Of a DNA stretch of 64,000 nt, positions 10,571 through 21,767 are shown in pieces. The DNA is from a virus. Position numbers and translations under genes: made by a program. Position 1 is the stretch's first letter. Every line of letters begins with the position of its first letter. The DNA lies in IMG/VR virus record IMGVR_UViG_3300013014_001174, positions 1 to 64,000 of that record; one strand, given 5' to 3'. The notes under the pieces were generated by a model. The model did not search any database. It was given only the letters and a program-made list of their open reading frames with translations, and had not been told where the DNA came from.

Positions 10571-11231
10571 GATTAATGGTGTGTTAAGAGACACAATAGA
10601 AAAGTTTAAACAAGTTTACGAAAAACATCTAATCGATTCTAACGAATTTGAATCTACAGATAAAAAATATGAATTAACTTTTTCTGGTGAAACAAACGAA
10701 GTCCTTGAAATTAATGAGGAATTGACGGTTAATTCTTTTGAGTATAAAATTTTAAACCCCATCACGTCATTAAATTTATTGGATCATTTTACTTTTCCAT
10801 CAAAAGATGAACTATATAATTTTATGTATAAAGAATATACTATGGAATTATTTGGTCATGCGCCGTCTTCAGAAATGAACACATTTAATATTCTTAATGA
10901 ATTATATTATGATTTAAGAGATGAATATGATTTACTTATAGTTTCTGACGAAATTGGTAAATCAAAACCAGCATCACTCTTCTTTCTTTCAAAATTTGGG
11001 TGTCTTTTAGAAAAAGTCGTTTTTTATAGTGAAACAACAAAGAATGATATGTGGGATAATGTGGATATTCTAATTACATCAAATCCAGATTTAATTCTTA
11101 ACAAACCAAAAGATAAAATTGTTGTAAAATTTTTACGTGATTACAATAAAAACATTAAGTCTGAGTTGGAAATATCTACTTTATCCGATTTTAACTTATT
11201 ATTAAAAAAAATAAAAGAGGAATATGTTTAA
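10551..11231 (+). CDS. HAD-fold 5'-nucleotidase-like protein with degenerate motif I
   Basis: KIGIEINGVLRD resembles IxxDxDGVLxD; terminal YN motif. Confidence 0.45.
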   Translation: MKKIGIEINGVLRDTIEKFKQVYEKHLIDSNEFESTDKKYELTFSGETNEVLEINEELTVNSFEYKILNPITSLNLLDHFTFPSKDELYNFMYKEYTMELFGHAPSSEMNTFNILNELYYDLRDEYDLLIVSDEIGKSKPASLFFLSKFGCLLEKVVFYSETTKNDMWDNVDILITSNPDLILNKPKDKIVVKFLRDYNKNIKSELEISTLSDFNLLLKKIKEEYV

Positions 11232-11523
11232 AATATTTAACGAAATCTATTACGTAGACATTGATGCAATTGATGAATATGTACAATTTACCGCCGAAGT
11301 TGAAGAGGAATTAGGTGATGCGCCGGATATGACGGCAGAAATAAAAGAGGAAAAACAAATTCATTTAGTAAAATATGAATTAGTTAAAAATTTTTTAGAA
11401 ACAGTGTTAACAGAATCCAATGAAGTTGACGAAGATTTGGGTATGAAATCAAGCGAAGTTTCCATACCATTTAAAATTGCGTTTAATTCGTTATTAATTA
11501 AGAAAATAATAAATAAAATATAA
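11224..11523 (+). CDS. Hypothetical protein
   Basis: ORF overlapping the upstream stop within an operon. Confidence 0.7.
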   Translation: MFKIFNEIYYVDIDAIDEYVQFTAEVEEELGDAPDMTAEIKEEKQIHLVKYELVKNFLETVLTESNEVDEDLGMKSSEVSIPFKIAFNSLLIKKIINKI

Positions 11524-11529
11524 AAAAGT

Positions 11530-12591
11530 ATGAATACCGAACAGATAAAAAAATTAGAAAAAGCGGTTCAAAACATGAAGGACAAAAAATCTAGATTGTA
11601 TTTTGTTACCCAAGACACCAAAGGAAACGCAAAAGGTTCAGTTAGACTGACTTATCAGATTGCAATGACGTTAAAAAAGAACGGTTACAACCCAATTATC
11701 CTTCACGAGAACAAAGAATACATTGGTGTTGGTGAATGGTTAGGAGAAAACTATATGTCAGAGCTACAACACAAATCAATAGATGAGGGTAATTTAGAAA
11801 TTTCACCAGATGACATTATCATCATTCCTGAAATTTTTGGTTACATTATGGATCAAGTTAAAAAATTACCTTGTGGTAAAGTTGTTTTAGCACAAGCTTA
11901 TGATCATATTTTTGAAACTTTACAACCGGGTGAAAACTGGCAACAACTTGGATTTTTTAAATGTATTACAACTTCTGAAACTCAAAAAAAATATATTGAG
12001 CAATTTATGCGAAAAGTTTCATTTGAAATTATAGAACCTGTAATTAGTGAGTGTTTTGTAAAAAATGAAAAACCAGCAAAAACAATCATTTCTATCCATT
12101 CAAGAGATCAAAGAGATACTGTAAATTTAATTAAACAATTTTATGTTAAATTTCCACAATATAGATGGATTACTTTTAGAGATTTAAGAGGTCTTACAGA
12201 AAATGAATTTGCTAATGCATTAAAAGAAAGTTTTGTTTCTGTTTGGATTGATCAAACTAGTGGTTTTGGCACATTTCCGTTAGAGTCTATGAAATCTGGT
12301 GTCCCAGTAATTGGTATGTTACCACACTTACAACCAGAATGGTTAAACGAAGATAATGGAATTTGGTTAGCAAATAAAAATTCATTGGTTGAGGTTATTG
12401 CTGATTTCACACAAAATTGGTTAGAGGATAATTTAAACCCAGAACTTTTTGATGCTATGGATAAAACAGTTAGTAAACATTCTGATTTAGATAAATTTAA
12501 ACATAATGTTTTAAGTGTTTTTTCTGAAATGATTAACACAAGAATGGCAACATTCGAAGAACAACTAAATAAATTTGAAACAATTGATTAA
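11530..12591 (+). CDS. GT-B fold glycosyltransferase (GT4-like)
   Basis: IIIPEI and GFGTFPLESMKSGVPVIG motifs. Confidence 0.7.
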   Translation: MNTEQIKKLEKAVQNMKDKKSRLYFVTQDTKGNAKGSVRLTYQIAMTLKKNGYNPIILHENKEYIGVGEWLGENYMSELQHKSIDEGNLEISPDDIIIIPEIFGYIMDQVKKLPCGKVVLAQAYDHIFETLQPGENWQQLGFFKCITTSETQKKYIEQFMRKVSFEIIEPVISECFVKNEKPAKTIISIHSRDQRDTVNLIKQFYVKFPQYRWITFRDLRGLTENEFANALKESFVSVWIDQTSGFGTFPLESMKSGVPVIGMLPHLQPEWLNEDNGIWLANKNSLVEVIADFTQNWLEDNLNPELFDAMDKTVSKHSDLDKFKHNVLSVFSEMINTRMATFEEQLNKFETID

Positions 12592-12592
12592 T

Positions 12593-13399
12593 ATGGAAAG
12601 TAAAAACACAATATCGGTTATATTACCAATCAAGTCTGGTAAGGCAATAGACTTTGAAGAATTTTTTGAAAAGGCAATAACTTCAGTAAAAAACCAAGAA
12701 GGTTTGGTTAGTGAATTAATAATTGTTCACGTAGGTGAAGATTATTTTAAAAACTATGTCTCAACTTTTGATTTTGGGGACATAAATGTAATAATTGAAG
12801 AGTATGATGGTACTCCTAGTTTTGCAAACCAGGTTAATTATGGTGTAAATAAAGCTACTTCTGAATGGGTTTCTATTTTAGAATTTGATGATGAGTATTC
12901 AAATATATGGTTTAAAAACGCAAAAAACTATATGGATATCTACGGTGATGTTGACACTTTTTTACCAATTGTTGTTGATGTAGATTATAAAGGTGTTTTT
13001 GTTGGTTTTACTAATGAAGCAACCTTTGCCGCAAACTTTTCAACTGAAATGGGATATTTAGATAACGAAACCTTACTTACATACCAAAACTTCCAAATAT
13101 CCGGTATGGTAATAAGAAAAAAATCTTTTGTTGATTTTGGAATGTTAAAAGATTCGTTTAAATTAACCTTTGGTTATGAGTTCTTATTAAGAATGACTAA
13201 TAATAATGTTAAAATTATGACAATCCCAAAGATTGGTTATAAACATATGAATTTAAGAGAAGGCTCAATTTTCTGGAATTATAAAAATAGCGATGATAGA
13301 TTGTCTGAAGATGAAGTAAAATTTTGGATTGATTCGGCTAAAAAAGAATATCTATTCATCAAAGAAAGGGAAATAAAATATGAACCACAAGAAGTTTAA
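12593..13399 (+). CDS. Glycosyltransferase family 2
   Basis: ISVILPI, NYGV, EFDDEY, YEFLLR. Confidence 0.75.
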   Translation: MESKNTISVILPIKSGKAIDFEEFFEKAITSVKNQEGLVSELIIVHVGEDYFKNYVSTFDFGDINVIIEEYDGTPSFANQVNYGVNKATSEWVSILEFDDEYSNIWFKNAKNYMDIYGDVDTFLPIVVDVDYKGVFVGFTNEATFAANFSTEMGYLDNETLLTYQNFQISGMVIRKKSFVDFGMLKDSFKLTFGYEFLLRMTNNNVKIMTIPKIGYKHMNLREGSIFWNYKNSDDRLSEDEVKFWIDSAKKEYLFIKEREIKYEPQEV

Positions 13400-14151
13400 T
13401 GTTGAGTAATGAAGAAAACTGTGAACAATGTGATGATAAGAAAAAGAAAGGAAGAAAACCAAAAGTAAAAAATTATTTTGCTGAAACAGAAGAAAATGCT
13501 GTAAGAGAGTATCTTACAGCAACAACTTTTGAAGAGAAAAATAAAATTTATAATGATTTTTTAAAACATCCTTTAGATAAAATGATATCGTCAATTATAA
13601 GACGATACAAATTATATAGAAAAGATATGGATTACGAAGAAGTTCATATTGATACACATTCTTTTTTGATGACTAAAATTGATAAATTTAAACCGTCAAA
13701 AGAAAAAAAAGCGTATTCATATTTTGGTACTATTTGTAAAAATTATTTGATGGGTCAAATAATGAAAGATCAAAAAGAAATGAACAGAAAAATTTCATAT
13801 GAAGACATTTCTAGTGATTTACAAAATAATCCGGATATGGTTTATTATATTGATAACGAAGAAATCACTAGTGAAGAAATTATGAAAAAGTTTCTTGAGA
13901 AATTAAAAATTTCATTAGATGATAAAAAAATAACAGAGCAGGAACATAAACTTGGTCAGTCGTTATTTGATCTTTTTGAAAACTACAAAAACCTTTTTAT
14001 TGAAACAAATAACAACAATAAATTCAATAAAAATATAATTTTATTTGAATTAAGGGAGATGACAAATCTCACAACAAAAGAAATTAGGTCTTCAATGAAA
14101 AGATATAAAAAATTATATTCTGAATTATTACAGGATATTTTGAAAGATTAG
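13399..14151 (+). CDS. Putative late sigma factor (T4 gp55-like)
   Basis: KFKPSKEKKAYSYFGTICKNYL resembles sigma region 2 of gp55-like factors. Confidence 0.55.
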   Translation: MLSNEENCEQCDDKKKKGRKPKVKNYFAETEENAVREYLTATTFEEKNKIYNDFLKHPLDKMISSIIRRYKLYRKDMDYEEVHIDTHSFLMTKIDKFKPSKEKKAYSYFGTICKNYLMGQIMKDQKEMNRKISYEDISSDLQNNPDMVYYIDNEEITSEEIMKKFLEKLKISLDDKKITEQEHKLGQSLFDLFENYKNLFIETNNNNKFNKNIILFELREMTNLTTKEIRSSMKRYKKLYSELLQDILKD

Positions 14152-14162
14152 TATTTATTATT

Positions 14163-14531
14163 ATGCCAAGACCTCAAAAAAAACAAATTAATCTAACAAA
14201 GGAATCAATGTTATCTTTGATGCAAGAAATATATAATGAACTTGTAGAACAAAGAAATACCGCAATTAGAATCCAAAATAAAATGTTAACTATGATGAAA
14301 GAACCAGAAGATATGACTCTTATTGGTCCGGTAATCGAAAAACAACAAAAAATAATAAATGATTGTGTGGAAAAAAAACTTTCACTTTCAAAACTCCAAG
14401 CGCAAATCTGGCAAAAATCAAATGATAGGAATGAAGAATTTACTTTATCTGATTTAGATTTAGATGATGATGTTATGAAATCATTAATAGAAAAAGACAC
14501 ATCTGATAAAAGTTACAAAATGAAAAAATAA
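14163..14531 (+). CDS. Hypothetical coiled-coil protein
   Basis: ORF preceded by TATTTAT motif. Confidence 0.7.
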   Translation: MPRPQKKQINLTKESMLSLMQEIYNELVEQRNTAIRIQNKMLTMMKEPEDMTLIGPVIEKQQKIINDCVEKKLSLSKLQAQIWQKSNDRNEEFTLSDLDLDDDVMKSLIEKDTSDKSYKMKK

Positions 14532-16498
14532 TGGCAATAGATATTCAGGAAGGATATGAAGCTATTGGTGGTTCGATACAAAAAAATCAAACTTACAAAC
14601 AACTTTCTAGAGACTATAAAAAGTTAAAGAAGAAAGTAGGTAGTTCTTTTGAGAAAAAAAAATCAAAAGTTACAAAACGTTTTGAAAAAGGAAAATCTAA
14701 ATTTAACAAATGGCAAAAAAAACAAAATAGTCAGTTAGATGAATTATTAAAAATAAAATTCCTTTCAGCTAATGACCAATTTACAGACGGTTTAAAAGAC
14801 GGTTTAAAAGGTCTTGACCCAAACAAGTTAGAAAAATTCAAAAAAGGTGGTGATGTAAAAAAATATATTATTGGTAAATTTATCACAGCATTAAACGAAT
14901 TAAAACCAAAAATATTAGACTTATTACAACAAGAAATTTTTAACACAACTGGTTGTTCTGACGACCAAGAATACCAACCAAATCAAGACTTATATATTAA
15001 CGTAAAATCAATAGATTTTTTAGGGTTATTAAAAGTTGACCCAACAAGTAATATTGGTAAAATTTCATATGAAGAGGCTAATTTAAATTTTCCTAATTAC
15101 CCATTTTCAATGAACAAGGAGTTGTATCAAAGAATACAAAATATTAACCAACAATTTTCTGTTCAGTACTCGTCAAATTACCAAGGTAAGTCATTACAAG
15201 ATTTATTTGATATTGAATATACTGAATTGGACAATAACGGTGTTTCTGGAAATTACTTTAAAGTAACACCAAAACAAAGGGTTAGTGGTCAAAAAATAAA
15301 AGAATTTGTTAAAGATTATTACCAATCAATAGAAATTATAGATTTCAAAAATATTTTTGCAAATTTAATGAATATCCTTACTGGAGCAATTTCTATTGAG
15401 AAGGGTGACGGAAAAAATGATTTGGGTGATTTTTATAAAGTTTCATTGGTAATACAACGAATATTAGGTTTATGTTTTGATGGTACAAAAGAAATTGATG
15501 TTTCTGGTTCTGCTAAAATTTCAGAAAACGATAACATTGACGATTCTTTTTTTGAATTTGACGAACTTGAGACTTTATTTATTGACCAGTCTGTTTCTGA
15601 CGTATTAAATGGTGTTGTTGAATTTGAGGAATGTTTAACAATTAAATTACCAGTTGATACTACGGCTATAGTTACAGCTGTATCAAATTTAATTTTTGTT
15701 CCGGGATCAAATAATTCAAACACAATCGAAGACGCAACTAATATCACAAATTCATTAACTCAAAATCCAGATTGGTTACCGTTACAAATAAATATTGACG
15801 AATCAATGATTAAAGAGTTTCCAAAGGCAGTTGTGTTTGCATTATTAACACCAAAAGTAATATTACCTTTAGCAATAGTACTTTTAGCTTTAGGTAATCA
15901 AGGACTTAATTTGGTAAAATCATATGTGGATTTTTTCAAAAAATTTAAAGATTTGGTTGTTAATTTAGTTTCAAAAATTTATGGAATTTTTATAAAAATT
16001 ATTTTTGATTTAGTTGTTCAGGACATTAAACAATTAATTTCAACAATAACTGTTGATATAAAATTAGAAAAAAATAAAAAATCTTTATCAATAATATTTG
16101 CATTAACACAAATACTATTAAAAATTGCGGACATTATTGTTGATGTTCGTGAATGTAAAAGTGTTATAGATAATTTATTAAAATTATTAAAGTTGGCATC
16201 TAGAGGTTTTGGTAATCAAATACCACTTCCTTTATTATTAGCAACAAGATTTTTAAGTGGATTTTCTTCGACTAGAGCTTATCTTAATGTTATAGAAGAA
16301 TTTGAAAAACTTGGTATACCAACTGGACCACTTCCTGATGGTACACCTAATAAATTTGTAATAGCAATGAAGGCTGTTATTGATGGTATGGATAAAGAAG
16401 AAGCAGAAAATGGTCAAGTACAAATTGCTATTGATCCATTATCAATAACACCAATTGGTACCACATTGCCAAGTATTGCGTTTGGAAAAAAAGTATAA
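14531..16498 (+). CDS. Hypothetical protein, possibly virion/baseplate
   Basis: 655-aa ORF next to the gp5-like gene. Confidence 0.6.
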   Translation: MAIDIQEGYEAIGGSIQKNQTYKQLSRDYKKLKKKVGSSFEKKKSKVTKRFEKGKSKFNKWQKKQNSQLDELLKIKFLSANDQFTDGLKDGLKGLDPNKLEKFKKGGDVKKYIIGKFITALNELKPKILDLLQQEIFNTTGCSDDQEYQPNQDLYINVKSIDFLGLLKVDPTSNIGKISYEEANLNFPNYPFSMNKELYQRIQNINQQFSVQYSSNYQGKSLQDLFDIEYTELDNNGVSGNYFKVTPKQRVSGQKIKEFVKDYYQSIEIIDFKNIFANLMNILTGAISIEKGDGKNDLGDFYKVSLVIQRILGLCFDGTKEIDVSGSAKISENDNIDDSFFEFDELETLFIDQSVSDVLNGVVEFEECLTIKLPVDTTAIVTAVSNLIFVPGSNNSNTIEDATNITNSLTQNPDWLPLQINIDESMIKEFPKAVVFALLTPKVILPLAIVLLALGNQGLNLVKSYVDFFKKFKDLVVNLVSKIYGIFIKIIFDLVVQDIKQLISTITVDIKLEKNKKSLSIIFALTQILLKIADIIVDVRECKSVIDNLLKLLKLASRGFGNQIPLPLLLATRFLSGFSSTRAYLNVIEEFEKLGIPTGPLPDGTPNKFVIAMKAVIDGMDKEEAENGQVQIAIDPLSITPIGTTLPSIAFGKKV

Positions 16499-16500
16499 AT

Positions 16501-16710
16501 ATGGAAAAGGTAACAAAAGAACAAATTTTAGATACTGTGTCAAAATATAAGGAAAAATCTAATAAAGAATTAGAAATTGCTCTTGAGTTTATAAACACAG
16601 AATTTGAAAAGACAAAGGAAAATCTTATTAAGTTAACCGACCATTTAGATAAGTTAGAAATTACATATAATACAATATTAAAAGAATATAAAAATAGAAA
16701 TGCAAGATAA
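16501..16710 (+). CDS. Hypothetical protein
   Basis: Short coiled-coil ORF within an operon. Confidence 0.65.
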   Translation: MEKVTKEQILDTVSKYKEKSNKELEIALEFINTEFEKTKENLIKLTDHLDKLEITYNTILKEYKNRNAR

Positions 16711-18256
16711 AAGAATAATTCTTCCTGGTAAGGTTTTAGATAATGTTGATCCGTTAATGTTGGGTAGAGTAAGAATTGAACCACAAACAAAACTTGAAAA
16801 TCAGTCAGTACCAACAAAACCAGATGGTTCACCGAAATCAGTTGGTGATTATGCTTGGACTTCAGAAGACCCATTTATCTTTATTCCGTTATTACCTTAT
16901 TATGTTAATCAAGTTCCAGAAGTTGGTGAATACGTTAATATTATTTATTCAACAAGAGTTGAACCTTTATCAAATAATAAATTTTATGTTCAGGGCCCTT
17001 TAAGTAGACCTTGGAACAACGAAAGAGAAACATTCTTAAACGCCCAATCAGTTTTAGATAATGGGACATCAATTCAAAAAAGTTACGAACCTAGAAATAG
17101 TAGTACTGGTGTTGTACAAGAGATTGTAAAAGATATATACCCATTGCCTGGTGATAACGCACTTTTAAGTCGAGGCACTACTGATGTTGTTTTAAAGAAA
17201 AATGATGTTTTACTAAGGGCTGGTAAATATAGAAAAATAGTTGTAGAACAATCAAGTGGTGTTGGTGAAATTACACAACCAGATGTAACACCATACGATA
17301 AAAGATCTTTCTTACAATTATCAATATTTGACCAAGAATTGGTAGATGTTGGTACCGAAACTTATGATATAACAAAGTTTGTTGATAAAGATGTAAAAAA
17401 CTTTGTTGAATGGGATATTTCAAATGTTAACCTTACTGCAGATACTGTTGATGGTTACGTACAAGTAAGTACTGTAAAAAATGTTACAACATCTAATTTT
17501 GGGTTTAATACTGGCACTACCGTAAATTGCAATTTAATCCCTAATTCAAAATATGTGTTTACTGGATTAAGTGTTGAGGATTCCATTATTTTTATTAATA
17601 CGTATATTAGAGGTTTTAATAAAGGTTTTATCAATATTGATGGTTATAACAAATACCCAAATTCTGGAAATTTAATAGGACAATTTCCTTTTGTTTTTGG
17701 TCCAAGTATTTCAACCAACACAAAAATATTAAACACAAGTCCAAGTCTAACAATAGATTTTGTGGAAAATAATGTGGTAATTAACATTTATAACAAAATA
17801 AAACTTTTTGACTCAAGTGACCAACCAGGTTTTGCCGTTATTTGGGATTATAATAGGGTTGGTCCACAGACAATCAAAAGCTCAACAGATATTGAAAGAG
17901 CAGAATATAAAGATAATCCAGTTACTTATGCAACAATGGGTGGTGACTTCCTTTATCTCCTTACTCACCAAACAACTGATGATAAATTTACAATCGATTT
18001 AAAAAACACTTTATATGGTATTGACCAACCAACATTTACAGATTATTTAAAAGATAGAACAAATTCTATGGTTAGAGGTGAAGAGTTATATAATCTATTA
18101 GATAAACTAATAAGATGGATATCAGGACATGTTCATAACCCAGTTGACGCACCTTGTTATCTATCTGGTGAAGGTGAAAATAGTGTTAGTCTAGACGACA
18201 TAAAAAAAGAATTAAACTCAAAAAGATTTTTAAATCCAAATATTCGAATTAATTGA
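16700..18256 (+). CDS. Baseplate hub/spike protein (gp5/gpV-like)
   Basis: N-terminal GKVLDNVDPLMLGRVRI and VPEVGEYV (OB fold); C-terminal GHVH (HxH) tip motif. Confidence 0.65.
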   Translation: MQDKRIILPGKVLDNVDPLMLGRVRIEPQTKLENQSVPTKPDGSPKSVGDYAWTSEDPFIFIPLLPYYVNQVPEVGEYVNIIYSTRVEPLSNNKFYVQGPLSRPWNNERETFLNAQSVLDNGTSIQKSYEPRNSSTGVVQEIVKDIYPLPGDNALLSRGTTDVVLKKNDVLLRAGKYRKIVVEQSSGVGEITQPDVTPYDKRSFLQLSIFDQELVDVGTETYDITKFVDKDVKNFVEWDISNVNLTADTVDGYVQVSTVKNVTTSNFGFNTGTTVNCNLIPNSKYVFTGLSVEDSIIFINTYIRGFNKGFINIDGYNKYPNSGNLIGQFPFVFGPSISTNTKILNTSPSLTIDFVENNVVINIYNKIKLFDSSDQPGFAVIWDYNRVGPQTIKSSTDIERAEYKDNPVTYATMGGDFLYLLTHQTTDDKFTIDLKNTLYGIDQPTFTDYLKDRTNSMVRGEELYNLLDKLIRWISGHVHNPVDAPCYLSGEGENSVSLDDIKKELNSKRFLNPNIRIN

Positions 18257-18276
18257 TATTTATATTAAAAAAGTAA

Positions 18277-19734
18277 ATGTCGATTCATAATTCATATTTC
18301 AGTAGAAATAATACTATTGTTTATAGTGGTGAAACAAACACGGGTAGAAACCCTATTATTGAATTATATTACGCCGACGGCGGTGTAAAAGTACCTATTG
18401 GGTTTTCTAGATGTATATTTGATATCGATTTAACGGAACTTCAAGAAAAGTATAACCAAAAAATCATTTCAACCGGATGCACAACAAATATAAGACACGT
18501 ATTACGTATGATTAATACGTCTTCATTTAGTAGAGATTTTTTAAATACAAAAACATCAGAAGAAAAAGAAAGGGCAACATCATTTGATTTAATTGTCTGG
18601 AGAATACCATATGAAGATTTTAATGAAACTTTACCTCAATATTGGGACGAAGGTGTTGGTTATGATTTTTCCGATTTAGATTCCGTACCTGGTGATAGAA
18701 ATTATTCAACAAGACCATCAAATTGGTATTTAAGACAAACTCTTACACCTTGGCAACAAGATGGTGTTTATAACAATGAGAACTACGGAACATTTCCATT
18801 TTCAGCATTAACAATTGTTGGTGTACAACATTTTGAATTTGGTAATGAAGATTTGGAAATTGATATGACAAGTGAGATTGAAGCAATTTTGGATGGTTCA
18901 TTTGTTAATCCAGTTGGTTGGGGAATATCTTTTTTACCTCAACTTGAAAACTTAACCGGAACAACAAAATCATACTATGTTGGTTTCTTTTCTAGACACA
19001 CTCAAACATTTTATGAACCAAGACTTGAAACAATTTATGATGATTTAATACAAGACAATAGAAATAACTTTTCATTAGGTAAAGTTAATAAATTATATCT
19101 TTATACATATGAAGATGGTGATTTTGTAAATTTAGATGAAATACCAAAAGTAACAATTGCAGACCAAACCGGAACTCCAATACCTGGACTTATTAATTTA
19201 GATAGTTGTCAGAGAACAAAAGGTGTTTATGAAATTGCAATACCACCATTATTAAATTATCATTCACCTTGTATTTTTACAGATACTTGGAGTAACATAA
19301 AATTAAATAATTTTTCATTACCAAATGTTGTTAATGAATTTGTAATCAAACCTTTAGAAAGTTCATTACAATTTGGTACAACAACAAATGACCCATCAAT
19401 CTATGGTTTTGACTTTTTTGGTATTAAACAAGATGAAAAAATATTAAATACCGATATTAGAAAAGTTGGTGTGATAATTAAAAAAGCATACACAAAAAAC
19501 CAACAACTACCAAAAGTGGAAGCTTATTATAGAGTTTATGTAAGAGAGGGACAAACAGAAGTTCAAGTACAAGACTGGACAATGTTAAATAGAACACCAA
19601 ATGAGTACTACTTAATTTTTGATACAAGAGATAAAATACCAAATGAATATTATATTGATTTAAAGGTAATCTCTAGTGGTGAAGTAAATACTTATAAAAG
19701 AACAATAAAGTTTCAAATAGTTAATAAAAAATAA
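18277..19734 (+). CDS. Putative virion structural protein
   Basis: Beta-rich 485-aa ORF in the structural region. Confidence 0.55.
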   Translation: MSIHNSYFSRNNTIVYSGETNTGRNPIIELYYADGGVKVPIGFSRCIFDIDLTELQEKYNQKIISTGCTTNIRHVLRMINTSSFSRDFLNTKTSEEKERATSFDLIVWRIPYEDFNETLPQYWDEGVGYDFSDLDSVPGDRNYSTRPSNWYLRQTLTPWQQDGVYNNENYGTFPFSALTIVGVQHFEFGNEDLEIDMTSEIEAILDGSFVNPVGWGISFLPQLENLTGTTKSYYVGFFSRHTQTFYEPRLETIYDDLIQDNRNNFSLGKVNKLYLYTYEDGDFVNLDEIPKVTIADQTGTPIPGLINLDSCQRTKGVYEIAIPPLLNYHSPCIFTDTWSNIKLNNFSLPNVVNEFVIKPLESSLQFGTTTNDPSIYGFDFFGIKQDEKILNTDIRKVGVIIKKAYTKNQQLPKVEAYYRVYVREGQTEVQVQDWTMLNRTPNEYYLIFDTRDKIPNEYYIDLKVISSGEVNTYKRTIKFQIVNKK

Positions 19735-21767
19735 TGACAAATATAATAAGATTTAACGTATCTGGTTGTAGTGATGGTCTTACTTATACCTTTGTTGTTG
19801 ATGATACGTTATCGGCAACAACCACTAATGGTACTTACTATTTTAATCAAGTCTTTGGTGGTCGTATACCATCAGGATGTTATACCCGAATAGATGAAAG
19901 TAAACCTGACCAAGGGACTCCAAATATGATATTAGGTGATACATATACCGATTGTTTAGATTGTCTTAATAGTAATTCACAATATGTTTTAGTTGGGTTT
20001 TGTCCACCAAGTGAAAATAGGAATCTATTTCCTTTACCAACATCCGCATTTACTGGGACATTAGATGTTGGGCAAACTTATTACATTTCATTTATATATA
20101 TTGGGGGTAAACCAATAACGTGGTGTTTTAATATTAATTCTTTTTTAGTTGAATATGAAGGAGACGTTGGTCAAGTAATTAGTATATCACCGTTAGAAGA
20201 CAATTGTGAAACCTGTATTGCAGAAAACTCATTTACGTATGAAGTTACGGATTGTCTTGATGGATTTATCAAATACGTCCAATTACCAAGTGATGATTAT
20301 ATTGGTAATCTAATCACCTATTATGACCCATTGTTATTCCAACAATTCTGTGGTGTTGTTGGGGGTGTGACTGAAGGCTCAAGTCCAGACGTAACATTGG
20401 TTGCCGATTTAGGTCCATTTATTGATCCATCTCAATGTGAAGAATGTTTAGGACAAGTTGCGGATAAAAGAATCATTACAAATTGTATAAACGGAACAGA
20501 ACAAGTTGTGTGGGCATCAACATTATTAGGATCAGAAGATTTTAGTAATTTATCATATGAACTTGGTTGTTATGATATTGGAGATTTAACTGAAAGTGGT
20601 ATAACAATATCATCATTTTTAAATTTTGAGCCTCAGCCCTCTTGTACGGATTGTATTGAGTGTACAGGTATTCAATATAATTATTCAACTTGTAGTGGTG
20701 CAGGTCCAATAGGGGGATTTAGCTATAGTGACACTACCGCTTCGGTATTAACAGATGGTACGTATTACGTAACGGGCAGCACTGATGGTAGTGGCCAATA
20801 TGCGTTATTTGAAGTTATAGTAGAATTTAATACAATAACTTCAATCGGATTACCTAATCTTGGTATTTTATATGATGTTGGTGATACCATAACGCTTTTA
20901 GGTGGTGAGATTGGCGGTATTAGTCCTGATGATGATATTATTATTACGGTACAGAATGTAGCGAATGAAGGTTCATTAATTTCTTATCAATATATTGAAA
21001 ACCCCATTGGTACCACGTTATATGTTCCGTGGTTAGATGATTGTGTTGAGATTACGTCGTATTCAAACCCAATAGTTAGCACTTCTTATCCAATATATAG
21101 TTTTAATTTATTAATAGATTGTGAAACTTGTAATCTTTCTGATAATTTTGTTTGGTTAGGCGAAAGTTGTAGTACAGGATCACAAGCAATAATTACAACT
21201 ACAAATGGGTTTATTACTGGAGACAGAGTTAAAGTAAAATGGGGATCAGTTGATTTTGATTGTTACACTTTACTAAGCCCTTATGACCCATCTATGGGTC
21301 CTTATCCAATATACAACTCATTAACAAGTGACGCTTACCAAATTTGTGACGACTGTTTATTAAGTTCAAGAGTTAATATTTCAATCTCCGAATGTGATGG
21401 TTCAAATCAACAATATGTTAGTGTTTCGTTAAGTGATTATTTTATGTTTTATAATTTTGGGTATACCACATTTAATATTATACAATATAGTAAATGTTAT
21501 GTTATTAATGGTACTTGCCTTGTAAACGGAGATTATCCAGAAATTAATATTCTTAATTTTTACTTTAATTGTATTGAGTGTAATATTGATAACATTAGAC
21601 CACCAAGAAGTGCAAATACAGAAAACTTTATTTGTGTACCGGATTGTGAATTTACCGGATCAACGGCGGTAACGCCACCACATCCAGTATGGACTGATGG
21701 TTATGGAACTGAAGTAACACAATTAAATATGATTACATTGGGTGGAATAAATGGATTAAACGGATAA
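19734..21767 (+). CDS. Cys-rich (repeated CxxC) protein, putative virion appendage
   Basis: At least seven CxxC modules; C-terminal 54 aa shared with the next ORF. Confidence 0.6.
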   Translation: MTNIIRFNVSGCSDGLTYTFVVDDTLSATTTNGTYYFNQVFGGRIPSGCYTRIDESKPDQGTPNMILGDTYTDCLDCLNSNSQYVLVGFCPPSENRNLFPLPTSAFTGTLDVGQTYYISFIYIGGKPITWCFNINSFLVEYEGDVGQVISISPLEDNCETCIAENSFTYEVTDCLDGFIKYVQLPSDDYIGNLITYYDPLLFQQFCGVVGGVTEGSSPDVTLVADLGPFIDPSQCEECLGQVADKRIITNCINGTEQVVWASTLLGSEDFSNLSYELGCYDIGDLTESGITISSFLNFEPQPSCTDCIECTGIQYNYSTCSGAGPIGGFSYSDTTASVLTDGTYYVTGSTDGSGQYALFEVIVEFNTITSIGLPNLGILYDVGDTITLLGGEIGGISPDDDIIITVQNVANEGSLISYQYIENPIGTTLYVPWLDDCVEITSYSNPIVSTSYPIYSFNLLIDCETCNLSDNFVWLGESCSTGSQAIITTTNGFITGDRVKVKWGSVDFDCYTLLSPYDPSMGPYPIYNSLTSDAYQICDDCLLSSRVNISISECDGSNQQYVSVSLSDYFMFYNFGYTTFNIIQYSKCYVINGTCLVNGDYPEINILNFYFNCIECNIDNIRPPRSANTENFICVPDCEFTGSTAVTPPHPVWTDGYGTEVTQLNMITLGGINGLNG

